Virus record (IMG/VR): IMGVR_UViG_3300020477_000013
Coordinates: 96,001 to 160,000 of that record
Origin: a virus
Lineage: Duplodnaviria; Caudoviricetes
Reading direction: 5' to 3' (one strand)
DNA length: 64,000 nt
Under the pieces are notes generated by a model that saw only the letters and a program-made list of their open reading frames with translations, searched no databases and was not told the DNA's origin. This document shows positions 10,201-17,880 of the stretch, one piece after another. Position 1 is the stretch's first letter; every line of letters starts with the position of its first letter. The position numbers and the translations under genes were made by a program.

Positions 10201-10403
10201 GCGTTGACGATAAGGCAGCCAAGGTTTTAAAGAAGGCTAGCTTGGCAGAGGCTTTAGGCATGCAACAAGCACACAGGTACGCAATAGTTGATGTAACCCC
10301 TAAATTATTTAAACGAATGATTCGTGAAATAAGGGATGCCTCAAATAATTCAGGCGGCTCAATATCCCGAGACCGCCTCCTTACTTTAGCTGGTGTAAAG
10401 TAG
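7281..10403 (+). CDS. Large (1040 aa) hypothetical protein, possible virion/ejection protein
   Basis: Long ORF with two hydrophobic Ala/Gly-rich segments; ends RDRLLTLAGVK. Confidence 0.75.
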   Translation: MTDRISWLPACNATLTKKLAAERKQLLESYALKKGSVRLLVEGTSYYDALNRKIEIAQLNEVIYPYMLFSRATGNDFYSRVVRKTIAELRRRGLVDEASPLLQEGFWDSVQSGIGNFAGGVDSFLKKIKLKKEPKGWEEAQRIFQKIAEKEGHQVVKDLVKAIDSEVKSLESGLGSKPKDSNFPVNKNRNAFFSGVNTIATTYDSIVAATKKDPGDDGYMPVDIANEIIEQLRIVTQKYMADTERDKGGMYASFGGGDAKQEAEAANETEYHEEDVLAEQDDEGAEGAGDKKKEEEEKIDPDAEAEKMMRGQSSQVFNRMTSLKAPLIIAAMGAAMGALGWIAYQPWFHDWVTDFLGIAKTDTETISNSWESTLKDSMDRANPEMTELGQIEAGGGGLAKQVSRLLGLGDSENLLGKDASLEDLKNAALKVGDGDLDKGLRGIAGLTEGRGNPEEAFKWMKGAIEDPQMVGAENISGEGSLWKLWLGGTERSGAPGRQILSKAGKAFADSVTVDKGAGPQMPIDAVRKLEKTKEFWTTMPKGMFSVGVGNKLQGWIIKKAAKAVAKQAAKTVVASATVTTTSSGALGVSTMLASAAPVLAGIGVSAVAAGAALAAIRHRAKTKSRMGTLNSLLQTLNLLAPQPVPDVKPDEGEKSKVTIVLNNPAPAATGGKVKKESLMHALGLLNERTDVTITGLGGNDELKKTGGVAKFSLASVPLDITPSVTDLMSIPFIEKGINDFLPDLNLADPNVEIEIIDKRKAEEIPEKPPQKEAPPVPVVPAEIAKGNNAVVVFDTDGAKVWRILKKKTFQKYAQDAKRSKDKDAPEFADRFSRYDSILAKLRADGVFVNSDVLEAELSKISSGQDGDAYRATYTRTRKDKKTGKEKKRKSTTGGFTSAGEVKSIGDIRKNIKGAPGSRPPRNAGEMTIIYLIGSNTLQALQGAGLDDKKSRQVAMKAISDWASAGKRPSIADLGVDDKAAKVLKKASLAEALGMQQAHRYAIVDVTPKLFKRMIREIRDASNNSGGSISRDRLLTLAGVK

Positions 10404-10418
10404 GGACAAGGGGGTGGT

Positions 10419-10447
10419 CTATACACTCGCGTGATATTTTTTATATT
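10419..10447 (+). promoter_or_regulatory. Putative promoter CTATAC-N17-TATATT
   Basis: Member of the recurring NTRYAM-N17-TANNNT family, intergenic before dCMP deaminase. Confidence 0.4.
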
Positions 10448-10474
10448 TATTTTGGCGATTTGTAGAGGCTATTT

Positions 10475-11002
10475 GTGATTAGAAAGTTGTTACATACCTT
10501 AGGTGACATGATAACCAGCGCGCATCCTCACTTAGAGAAGGGCGCTGTGAGGCTATCATTGGAGAGATTTTTGTCAAATTTACTTAGATCAGACAGGCCG
10601 GATTGGGATGACGTGTGGATGGATTTTGCATATTCCATAGCACGTCGGTCTTATGACCCCAGACATCAAGTGGGTGCAGTTGTTGTCACAGGTGATAATA
10701 CACAGGTGCTAGCTATTGGTTATAATGGTAATTATTCCGGTGGCCCAAATGAGGTAGAGTCTGATGTTCCTGGAGAGTCGGGTATGATACATGCTGAGAT
10801 TAATGCATTGCTGAAGATGGATTATAACACACCAAAAACGAAGAAGCTATATGTAACGCTGTCTCCATGTAAGATGTGTGCGAAGTCAATCATTAATGCA
10901 GGGGTAGATGAAGTCATCTATGATACCGAATATAGGGATACATCTGGATTGGAAATTTTAAAATCTTCTCACATTAAGGTAAGGGCCTTCGGTGGTAAGT
11001 GA
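10475..11002 (+). CDS. dCMP deaminase
   Basis: HAEINAL and PCKMCAK zinc motifs, VGAVVV, GYNG. Confidence 0.9.
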   Translation: MIRKLLHTLGDMITSAHPHLEKGAVRLSLERFLSNLLRSDRPDWDDVWMDFAYSIARRSYDPRHQVGAVVVTGDNTQVLAIGYNGNYSGGPNEVESDVPGESGMIHAEINALLKMDYNTPKTKKLYVTLSPCKMCAKSIINAGVDEVIYDTEYRDTSGLEILKSSHIKVRAFGGK

Positions 11003-11038
11003 ATAATTAATATTTGCTAGCAAAAAAAAGGGGCTCTT

Positions 11039-12295
11039 ATGTCTAGGAATTTTGAGAGAATTATTCGTAAAATTCTCACTGAAGATGAACTAACGAGTCT
11101 GTCTCTACAAGAGGGAAAAATGTATTTTCTCTTAAATGAGGCACTCGACCAAAGCGATATAGAGGAACTTCGAGCTTCGCTCGATGAAACCGAAGATTCC
11201 CTAAGTGCACTAGATACCGCATATGGGGGCGCTGGAATAAAGATAAGTGATATTCCTGGAGCAGGAGAATACGCAAAATCTTTAGCAGGTGCAGTAGGAA
11301 AGGCAAGGGGTATTGTTGCAAAGTTAGACCTTGAGGATCCCAAGTGGTCCGACCTTATACGGAAGACGTTCGGCCAGGGAGCTGATGCAAACGGTGTGGC
11401 ACGTGCCGTAACAGCTATTCAGGCAAAGGCAAGTGAATTTCACTCTGCAGTCACGACTGCGCTTGATAAGGTAGTCGCAAATTTAGAGCCAGTGTTTAAA
11501 GATGACAAAGAGCTGTGGGACCAGCCCCTGAATCAGGTCCTGGGTACTCAAGAGAACATGCCGTCTATAGAGGATTTTAAAGATGGTATCTCTAAAGCTA
11601 TCGGCAAAGGCGGCCCGAAGAAAGGTGCCATGGCGAAGCTCGGAGGGTGGGTTTCCGGAGTTTTCAAGAGGGGTGACCCTGTTCTAGATAAGATCACAGG
11701 TGACTTGCCTGATGAGCTAGACCTAAGCGGCATGGCAGATTATATTCTTTCACAGCCTCTCTCAGCCCTTAAGGGAGCTGCTGAGTCGGGGGTTTCGGAT
11801 GATGCCCCACCTCCTCTACCACAAGATGTTATCTCAGACGTTACAGATGCACCTGAAGAAAGTGGCACCGGTGAAGAGGGTGAAGAGGGTGAGAAGGGTG
11901 AGAAGGGTGAAGAGGGTGATGATGGTTGGGGATCTCCTGTCGGTGATCTGGACGCGTTACCCGGTTCAGGTAGGCCTAACGATCCTGAGGCTGAGGGCGA
12001 TCCCAATGCACCTGAAGAAGAGCCGGAATCGCAAGATGATGTTAAAGATGCAGAGGGATATGTTATAACTAAGGCAGACCTTAAGGCGATTAAGGGTGCA
12101 ATGGATAAAGCGAAAGGTCAAAAGAAGAGCCAGTCGAAGGCTCTCGGGGGACACTTAAACCAGCTGTTGGGACAAACGTTATTTGCTGAAAATAGGTCTT
12201 ACACCATGGGTGGCGTAAAGAGGGTGTTGTCCGAGCACATAGAGAAACAACAGGCTATGTCACGGTGGTTAAAGATTGCCGGCATTAAAAAGTAG
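11039..12295 (+). CDS. Acidic hypothetical protein with terminal helical tags
   Basis: N-term FERIIRKILTE; C-term SRWLKIAGIKK. Confidence 0.75.
   Translation: MSRNFERIIRKILTEDELTSLSLQEGKMYFLLNEALDQSDIEELRASLDETEDSLSALDTAYGGAGIKISDIPGAGEYAKSLAGAVGKARGIVAKLDLEDPKWSDLIRKTFGQGADANGVARAVTAIQAKASEFHSAVTTALDKVVANLEPVFKDDKELWDQPLNQVLGTQENMPSIEDFKDGISKAIGKGGPKKGAMAKLGGWVSGVFKRGDPVLDKITGDLPDELDLSGMADYILSQPLSALKGAAESGVSDDAPPPLPQDVISDVTDAPEESGTGEEGEEGEKGEKGEEGDDGWGSPVGDLDALPGSGRPNDPEAEGDPNAPEEEPESQDDVKDAEGYVITKADLKAIKGAMDKAKGQKKSQSKALGGHLNQLLGQTLFAENRSYTMGGVKRVLSEHIEKQQAMSRWLKIAGIKK
11870..11920 (+). repeat. 9-bp tandem repeat GGTGARRAG encoding (G-E-E/K)5
   Basis: ggtgaagag ggtgaagag ggtgagaag ggtgagaag ggtgaagag ggtgat. 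Confidence 0.85.
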
Positions 12296-12308
12296 GGTTG
12301 TAGAAATT

Positions 12309-12746
12309 ATGGGAAACCACCAGATATCGGAGAAAAATATTATTAAGATAATGCGCGATGAATATCACCAGCGTTTAACTGAGGCTATAGCTGAGGCTGA
12401 TGTGTTTGATTCACGTGACAATATGGTAATAGGTCAAGATTTAAAAGTCCGCCATAAGAAATCGCAATATGAATATACGGTTGATGATGTAATAGAGGAC
12501 GATGAGTCAGGTGATGTACAAGTCATTTTGAGATTACCAGATGAGCCTAGGTTTGAGCCGCCCCCGGACGAGAGTGACGTAGTCATTACAGACACGACAG
12601 GGGCCATGATGATTGGTGAAGAAGATGCGATTAGTTTGGAGCCGCCCCTTGATGCCACCACGGAAGAAGAGTTTCATGATGCTCCAGATGAAGAAGTCTT
12701 TGTTGTAAGCAAAGAAGAATTTGAGAAAGAGTATGAGGTGAAATGA
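12309..12746 (+). CDS. Acidic hypothetical protein (start moved to ATG 12309)
   Basis: Track ORF 12276-12746 overlaps the previous gene; ATG 12309 follows its stop. Confidence 0.7.
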   Translation: MGNHQISEKNIIKIMRDEYHQRLTEAIAEADVFDSRDNMVIGQDLKVRHKKSQYEYTVDDVIEDDESGDVQVILRLPDEPRFEPPPDESDVVITDTTGAMMIGEEDAISLEPPLDATTEEEFHDAPDEEVFVVSKEEFEKEYEVK

Positions 12747-13450
12747 TGTCGGACCTTGATTCAGAAATTAGGAGTGCTATTAGGGATAGTTTGGGCTTGC
12801 CAAAAAATGTACCTATGAAAAAAGATGCTGTGAATGAGGCATATGTAACTCAAGCGAAGAAATTTAATCTACCTACTGAGTTTTTAAGCGATAAAAGTAA
12901 GCGTGCACATTTTGAGATATTCGAAGAACATGTCGATGTATTAAATCGAGTGAGTGCTGAGCTTGATGGCGTTGATAGGGGAGATGCAAACCTAGATCAT
13001 TCAGCATTTAGGGGTTTAAAAATAGATGAAGTTTATAATTTAAATGCAGCATTTCTTCATGGTTTATTCTTTGATAATGTCAGTGATATTAAGAGCCAGA
13101 TTACGATGGACTCATTGGCATATATGCGGCTAGAGAGAGACTTCGGCTCATTCGATGAGTGGCAAAAGGATTTTATAGCATGTGCAATGTCTTCTAGGAA
13201 TGGGTGGGCTGTTACTGTATATAACACATTTTTAAATCGCTACATGAATGTCTGCGTAGATTTAAACAGCGTTAATATTCCACTTTCATCATTCCCGGTA
13301 ATAGTGCTTGACTGTTGGGAACATGCTTACTACCGCGATTACCTAGATGATAAGAAGACGTATATCTTTGCTATGATGAAAGAGCTTGACTGGGAAGTTA
13401 TAGAAAATAGAGTAAAGAAAGTAGAGAAAATGTCAAAGGTGATGAAATGA
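12743..13450 (+). CDS. Fe/Mn superoxide dismutase-like protein with N-terminal extension
   Basis: LDCWEHAYY signature, FGSFDEWQKDF, NGWAV, LHGLFF. Confidence 0.8.
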   Translation: MMSDLDSEIRSAIRDSLGLPKNVPMKKDAVNEAYVTQAKKFNLPTEFLSDKSKRAHFEIFEEHVDVLNRVSAELDGVDRGDANLDHSAFRGLKIDEVYNLNAAFLHGLFFDNVSDIKSQITMDSLAYMRLERDFGSFDEWQKDFIACAMSSRNGWAVTVYNTFLNRYMNVCVDLNSVNIPLSSFPVIVLDCWEHAYYRDYLDDKKTYIFAMMKELDWEVIENRVKKVEKMSKVMK

Positions 13451-14130
13451 GATTAACCCGCAATATACTTCGTCGTCTTATAAAAGAGGAGCTTAACATA
13501 CTATCAGAACAGGATGACCCCTTTGGCCTTGAGGGCGGAGGCGAAGAAGAAGGCGCAGCAGATGAGGGTGCCGAGACTGAAGGCGAAGAAGAGGGTGGAG
13601 AAGACGCGGAAGGTGCCGAGGGTGAAGGTGAAGACGCAGAAGAGGAAGACGAAGAAGAAGTAGAGGAAATCGAGCCCCTCGGTGATGAAGAGCTTTCTCT
13701 AGCCAAGACCGTCGATGATGAACTAAATTCTGTCTTTATAGATTTCGAGTCAGATGCTATTAAGTCTGCTGATTGGAGCAACAAGAAAGAAGATGAGATG
13801 GCGGTTGATATTAAGGTGAGAGAAAGTGCACGTAGGAAAAAATTATCATTTTTGCTATTTGAGCGGGAAGAAGCTCCCCAGATTGATATGGAGACATTCA
13901 CAGCAGATGTTGCTAGGCTTATAAAGAATTATGATTCCCTCTTGGACATGAAGGCTATTATAATGAAGAAAGCCCAAGATTTTATTTCAAAAAAATATGG
14001 GAAGGAGCAAGTTGAAGAGCTACTTTCAATACTCGAACTACGATATGACCTGACATTAGATATACATCAAGATGAAATAGATCCTCATGCCGTAGGTGCT
14101 AGTCCGACCCAGGCAGAGGGTGGTGCGTAA
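13447..14130 (+). CDS. Acidic protein with leader variant MRLTRNILRRLIKEE
   Basis: Leader followed by ILSE and a Glu/Gly low-complexity tract. Confidence 0.75.
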   Translation: MRLTRNILRRLIKEELNILSEQDDPFGLEGGGEEEGAADEGAETEGEEEGGEDAEGAEGEGEDAEEEDEEEVEEIEPLGDEELSLAKTVDDELNSVFIDFESDAIKSADWSNKKEDEMAVDIKVRESARRKKLSFLLFEREEAPQIDMETFTADVARLIKNYDSLLDMKAIIMKKAQDFISKKYGKEQVEELLSILELRYDLTLDIHQDEIDPHAVGASPTQAEGGA

Positions 14131-14409
14131 ATGTCATATAGGGATTTTGAGACAAAAAAATCTCTCCACATTAATCTTACAAGTGATACACATGCAGCGC
14201 TAAAGATTCGCGCATTTAAGCATAAATTATCCATGCAAGAGATTTTTGAAGAACTAGCTAGGCAAATAGTATGTAATGAGCCGTATATGCAAAAAGTGAT
14301 ATCAGGCTTAGAGTCAAAAAAACGTGCTAGGGCAACCCAGAAAATGATTAAGACTGATGCTGAGTCAATTTTTAGGGTAATCGAAGCAGAAAGTCCTATC
14401 GACGATTAA
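14131..14409 (+). CDS. Ribbon-helix-helix-like DNA-binding protein
   Basis: KSLHINLTSDTHAALKIRAFKHKLSMQEIFEELA fits the RHH pattern. Confidence 0.55.
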   Translation: MSYRDFETKKSLHINLTSDTHAALKIRAFKHKLSMQEIFEELARQIVCNEPYMQKVISGLESKKRARATQKMIKTDAESIFRVIEAESPIDD

Positions 14410-14417
14410 AAATTGCT

Positions 14418-14711
14418 ATGATTGGTGGTATAATTAAATTTATGAGGAATATGATTACGCCAGTATCCCAATCTATAGATCCAGAACCTTCCCAGGTGGA
14501 TTGTCTTAAGGCTGAAATTGAGGATCTTAAGAGTGAGCTTAAGAATGTTAATACCGTCCTGAAGTATCTTGCGACAGCTAATGTGGAATTAGCAAGAGAT
14601 ATGCAAATAATTTATGACTCGCTAAGGCAAATATCTTCTTCTGTATGCGACCCATATGATTCTATGGGGTTTCCTGTAGTTGATCCTGACGACGACGATA
14701 TGTTGAACTGA
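14418..14711 (+). CDS. Hypothetical coiled-coil protein
   Basis: Collinear ORF with heptad pattern. Confidence 0.65.
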   Translation: MIGGIIKFMRNMITPVSQSIDPEPSQVDCLKAEIEDLKSELKNVNTVLKYLATANVELARDMQIIYDSLRQISSSVCDPYDSMGFPVVDPDDDDMLN

Positions 14712-14721
14712 GTTTAGCGCA

Positions 14722-14730
14722 ATATTTATA
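14722..14730 (+). promoter_or_regulatory. ATATTTATA motif (candidate late promoter)
   Basis: Recurs in sense orientation upstream of several genes. Confidence 0.4.
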
Positions 14731-14791
14731 ACATCACTTGCAGTCTAAAACTGCATCCTGCTCACGCAGGATTAGAAATAGGAGAAAAGTG

Positions 14792-15034
14792 ATGGAAATG
14801 CTAAATAAGGTGTTAGGTTGGTTAAGAGGTTTAACGGAGGTGAGTGTATGCCTTCTTGCTCTTGCGGTTGTTCTTCAGCTTCTTTTTGGGGCTAGCGTGG
14901 CGTTTTTCCCCGTCGACGTTGTTGGTAATGTCATAGGCGTTACTAAGAGCTTAGGTGGAGAGGGCTTGGTAGGTCTTGTCTCAGTTGGACTACTCTATGT
15001 AATTCTACAGAGAGGGATCTCTAGGGCAGCCTAA
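14792..15034 (+). CDS. Small membrane protein
   Basis: SD AGGAG before ATG 14792; two hydrophobic segments. Confidence 0.7.
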   Translation: MEMLNKVLGWLRGLTEVSVCLLALAVVLQLLFGASVAFFPVDVVGNVIGVTKSLGGEGLVGLVSVGLLYVILQRGISRAA

Positions 15035-15061
15035 AGCTTTTGGCATTGGAGGTATTTTATT

Positions 15062-15247
15062 ATGAGAGCATTTATGGATGCAGTGTTAAGTAAATTAATC
15101 TCCAGAAAGCTGTTGGTTTTTTTGACGGCTACTGGACTTTCATTAGGGGGCAGCCTTGACTCTGATACATGGGGAATGGTTGCAATAGCATATATTGGCG
15201 CACAAGGTGTCGTTGATGTTGCAAAAATGTGGAAGCACGGAGCTTGA
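15062..15247 (+). CDS. Putative holin
   Basis: 61 aa, SRKLLVFL start, two TM-like segments, basic C-terminus. Confidence 0.5.
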   Translation: MRAFMDAVLSKLISRKLLVFLTATGLSLGGSLDSDTWGMVAIAYIGAQGVVDVAKMWKHGA

Positions 15248-15249
15248 TA

Positions 15250-15657
15250 ATGACCTGGTTAGCGGTGAAGTCAGCAACTAAGAAAGTATGGGTATGGTGT
15301 AAGCGTAACTGGAAATTTATAGTTGGCCTGGCCATTCCTTTGGTAATTGGTTTGCTGGCTCGCCGCTCGTTTGATTACAATAAAATAAATGAGAGGATTC
15401 AAGAAGATTACCGCAAAGAGATTAACGTTATCAATGAATCACATAAGATAGAAAAAGAAAATAATGAATTGGCTCATGAGAAATACAGGGATGCAGTTAA
15501 GCAAATTGAAGAGAAGTTTGCAGCTGAGGAAAAAGAGTTAACTCAAGCCAAGAAAAAAGAGATTAAAAAAATCATAAAAGAGAACATTGATGATCCTGAT
15601 GAGATCACCCGGCGCCTGTCACAAATTACTGGGTTTGAAATTCATAATAATGAATGA
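15250..15657 (+). CDS. N-terminal TM plus coiled-coil protein (i-spanin-like)
   Basis: FIVGLAIPLVIGLLA TM then charged coiled coil; follows the holin candidate. Confidence 0.55.
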   Translation: MTWLAVKSATKKVWVWCKRNWKFIVGLAIPLVIGLLARRSFDYNKINERIQEDYRKEINVINESHKIEKENNELAHEKYRDAVKQIEEKFAAEEKELTQAKKKEIKKIIKENIDDPDEITRRLSQITGFEIHNNE

Positions 15658-15713
15658 TAATGGGCTATGAGGTGGATATTTAATCTTGTATGAATTATGG
15701 AGTATAGTACGAG

Positions 15714-17384
15714 ATGAAAAAACTAACTTTAAAAGAGCTAAGAAAGCTAATATTGCATGAAGTTAGGTCGCATTCACGAAAGCAGAAACATGTTTCTCTT
15801 GCATCACTTTTGTTTGAAGAAAAAGAAGAAGGTGAAGGAATTCCAAAGTTTACCGTTGTTGCGTTATACGGTCCTCCTGCTGCTGGAAAGGGTGCTGCTA
15901 AGGATTTTGTGAAAGGTAAATTCGGGGGTAACGAGCAAAAATCGACGATAGACGATTACATCTCGTCTCTGCCTTCGGATTCTCAAGATTCCGCGAAAAA
16001 GGATATCAAGGATACTATAGAGGCAGAAGAAGATGCATGGATGACTGGAATTACGACCGGCAGGTTTCCTACCGCAGTTTTTCTAGATCTTCATAACAAG
16101 GCACAGATGGATGCATCTAAGTGGGATGCTGCAGGTGCCGAGTACTGGCATCGAAATGAGACTGACCAGGGGGGTCCTGTCACGGACCTCATAGATGGTA
16201 AGACATATGTCAAGATTATGGAAGAGAATAACGGCGATGTCACATCTGCAGCTGAGCAGTTCTCAAAGTTTCCAGAGACGCAAAGCTGGTTTGCTCAAGC
16301 CAGGGGTTTTTCTAAGGCACCTCCCGGCATGGAAGATTTAGAACAATACATGGGCTCAGAGATGGTTGACGGTAAGGAGCGAACACTTAAAATTCGCAAT
16401 GCCGCTGCAGATGATTACATCGGCAAGGTGGAAGCCTCTATCGAATCGATGATGGGTGATGCAAAGAAATATGGCTCTTTATTTTTAGCCGACCAGGCTG
16501 GCGAAAGTACTACGAATTTAGAGCGCATCGGCGCATTAGGAAAATTACGTGACAAGGGTGTGAGGGTCATAGGCGTCTATATCCACCAGCCCAAAGAAAG
16601 AACGACAATAGCAAATCTTCATAGAAAGTCGATGGATAGAGGCGGCCGCCGTGTCGCCCAATCGGAGGTCGATGCGATCGCTGATGCTGGGCCCACTATC
16701 GATATTGAGAAAAATGAGATTTCACCCGCCAACCGAGGTAAAGCAATTCAGGCCATGTGGGATAATGACTTTGACGGAATTTACGTCTACCACCCAGGTA
16801 AAGAGTTTGATTACGAACAGCAAGCTCAGGGTGTGACGTCTGGTGGTGATATAGGGGACGTGCCGATTGCATCTTCTATCTGCGAGCCTTTCGGCGACGG
16901 AATGGGCATGTTAGATATTGAGGGATGCGATGATGAAAAAGTACATCCAGGTAAAAGGGGTAAAAAAGTTGGTGCAGGATCCCTTAGGGGTCTCGAGGCA
17001 AAGCTGGCTAAGAAAGCCGGCGTTGGTGATAAAGATGAAACAGGGTACCTACCGGCATTTGAGGATTTAGACTCTGATGATCGCAAAGCAGTCGTTGACG
17101 TTCTCAACAGCAATTATGGATTCTCAGGTGTGACAGATAAGCACTTACAGAGCTATCTGACATTATATGCCCCGGGAGGTGCAAACAGGAGCCCGGGCTA
17201 CGGAAAGAAGAAAGATTTCGGTAATAACCCTTATGCAAAAGATCTTTTTAAAAATATGTCTGCTGACATATCAATACCCATTCGCGAGCCTGATGAAGAC
17301 ACAAAGAAAGAGTGTATTCTTGCAAAGAAGGGTGATGAGCTAATACTGGAAAGATGGCAGAAGCTAGCAGGGATAATAAAATGA
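15714..17384 (+). CDS. P-loop kinase (zeta-toxin-like) with terminal tags
   Basis: YGPPAAGKG Walker A; RVIGVYIH...ANLHRK...GGRRV; N-term LTLKELRKLILHE; C-term ERWQKLAGIIK. Confidence 0.6.
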   Translation: MKKLTLKELRKLILHEVRSHSRKQKHVSLASLLFEEKEEGEGIPKFTVVALYGPPAAGKGAAKDFVKGKFGGNEQKSTIDDYISSLPSDSQDSAKKDIKDTIEAEEDAWMTGITTGRFPTAVFLDLHNKAQMDASKWDAAGAEYWHRNETDQGGPVTDLIDGKTYVKIMEENNGDVTSAAEQFSKFPETQSWFAQARGFSKAPPGMEDLEQYMGSEMVDGKERTLKIRNAAADDYIGKVEASIESMMGDAKKYGSLFLADQAGESTTNLERIGALGKLRDKGVRVIGVYIHQPKERTTIANLHRKSMDRGGRRVAQSEVDAIADAGPTIDIEKNEISPANRGKAIQAMWDNDFDGIYVYHPGKEFDYEQQAQGVTSGGDIGDVPIASSICEPFGDGMGMLDIEGCDDEKVHPGKRGKKVGAGSLRGLEAKLAKKAGVGDKDETGYLPAFEDLDSDDRKAVVDVLNSNYGFSGVTDKHLQSYLTLYAPGGANRSPGYGKKKDFGNNPYAKDLFKNMSADISIPIREPDEDTKKECILAKKGDELILERWQKLAGIIK

Positions 17385-17866
17385 TAAAACGCAGGATTAA
17401 AAAAATAGCATTGAGCATATGCTTTTTCTTTACTGTATTTACATGCACATTTCAATCGGTTGCTATAGCTGATGAGCCTGTCATTGCCCCCAAGGTGTCT
17501 ACTCTAAAAAAGGGTGATACCGCTCCGTTTGACGGAACATTATTTAGCACTGACGCTGCAGCAAGTTTGCTGGTGGATTTAGAGAATAGGCAAAAGCAAT
17601 GTGACATACAGAAAAGTAGGGAGCTGAGTCTATTAAGGTCAGAGTTACAGCTGAAGATTGACCTTAAGCAATCTGCATTTGATGCACTGCAGTATAAGCA
17701 TACCAACATACTATCAATCAAAGAAGATCAAATTAAATTTTTGCAAGGACAGTTGAAACCCACACCATGGTATGAATCTGGCGAGTTTTGGTTTGCCATG
17801 GGAATAGTGGGGGGTATCCTTATAACCGTGGGTGCCGGATATGCAATTGGTCAGGCTTCAAAGTAA
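17381..17866 (+). CDS. Signal peptide plus coiled coil plus C-terminal TM protein (possible spanin-like)
   Basis: Hydrophobic N-terminus, KKGDTAPFDGTLF, C-terminal FWFAMGIVGGILITVG. Confidence 0.55.
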   Translation: MIKRRIKKIALSICFFFTVFTCTFQSVAIADEPVIAPKVSTLKKGDTAPFDGTLFSTDAAASLLVDLENRQKQCDIQKSRELSLLRSELQLKIDLKQSAFDALQYKHTNILSIKEDQIKFLQGQLKPTPWYESGEFWFAMGIVGGILITVGAGYAIGQASK

Positions 17867-17880
17867 CGAAGGATAATATT

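Noticed and set aside
11870-11920. Collagen domain
   Set aside because: Only about six G-X-Y triplets with no Pro; better described as a low-complexity acidic linker
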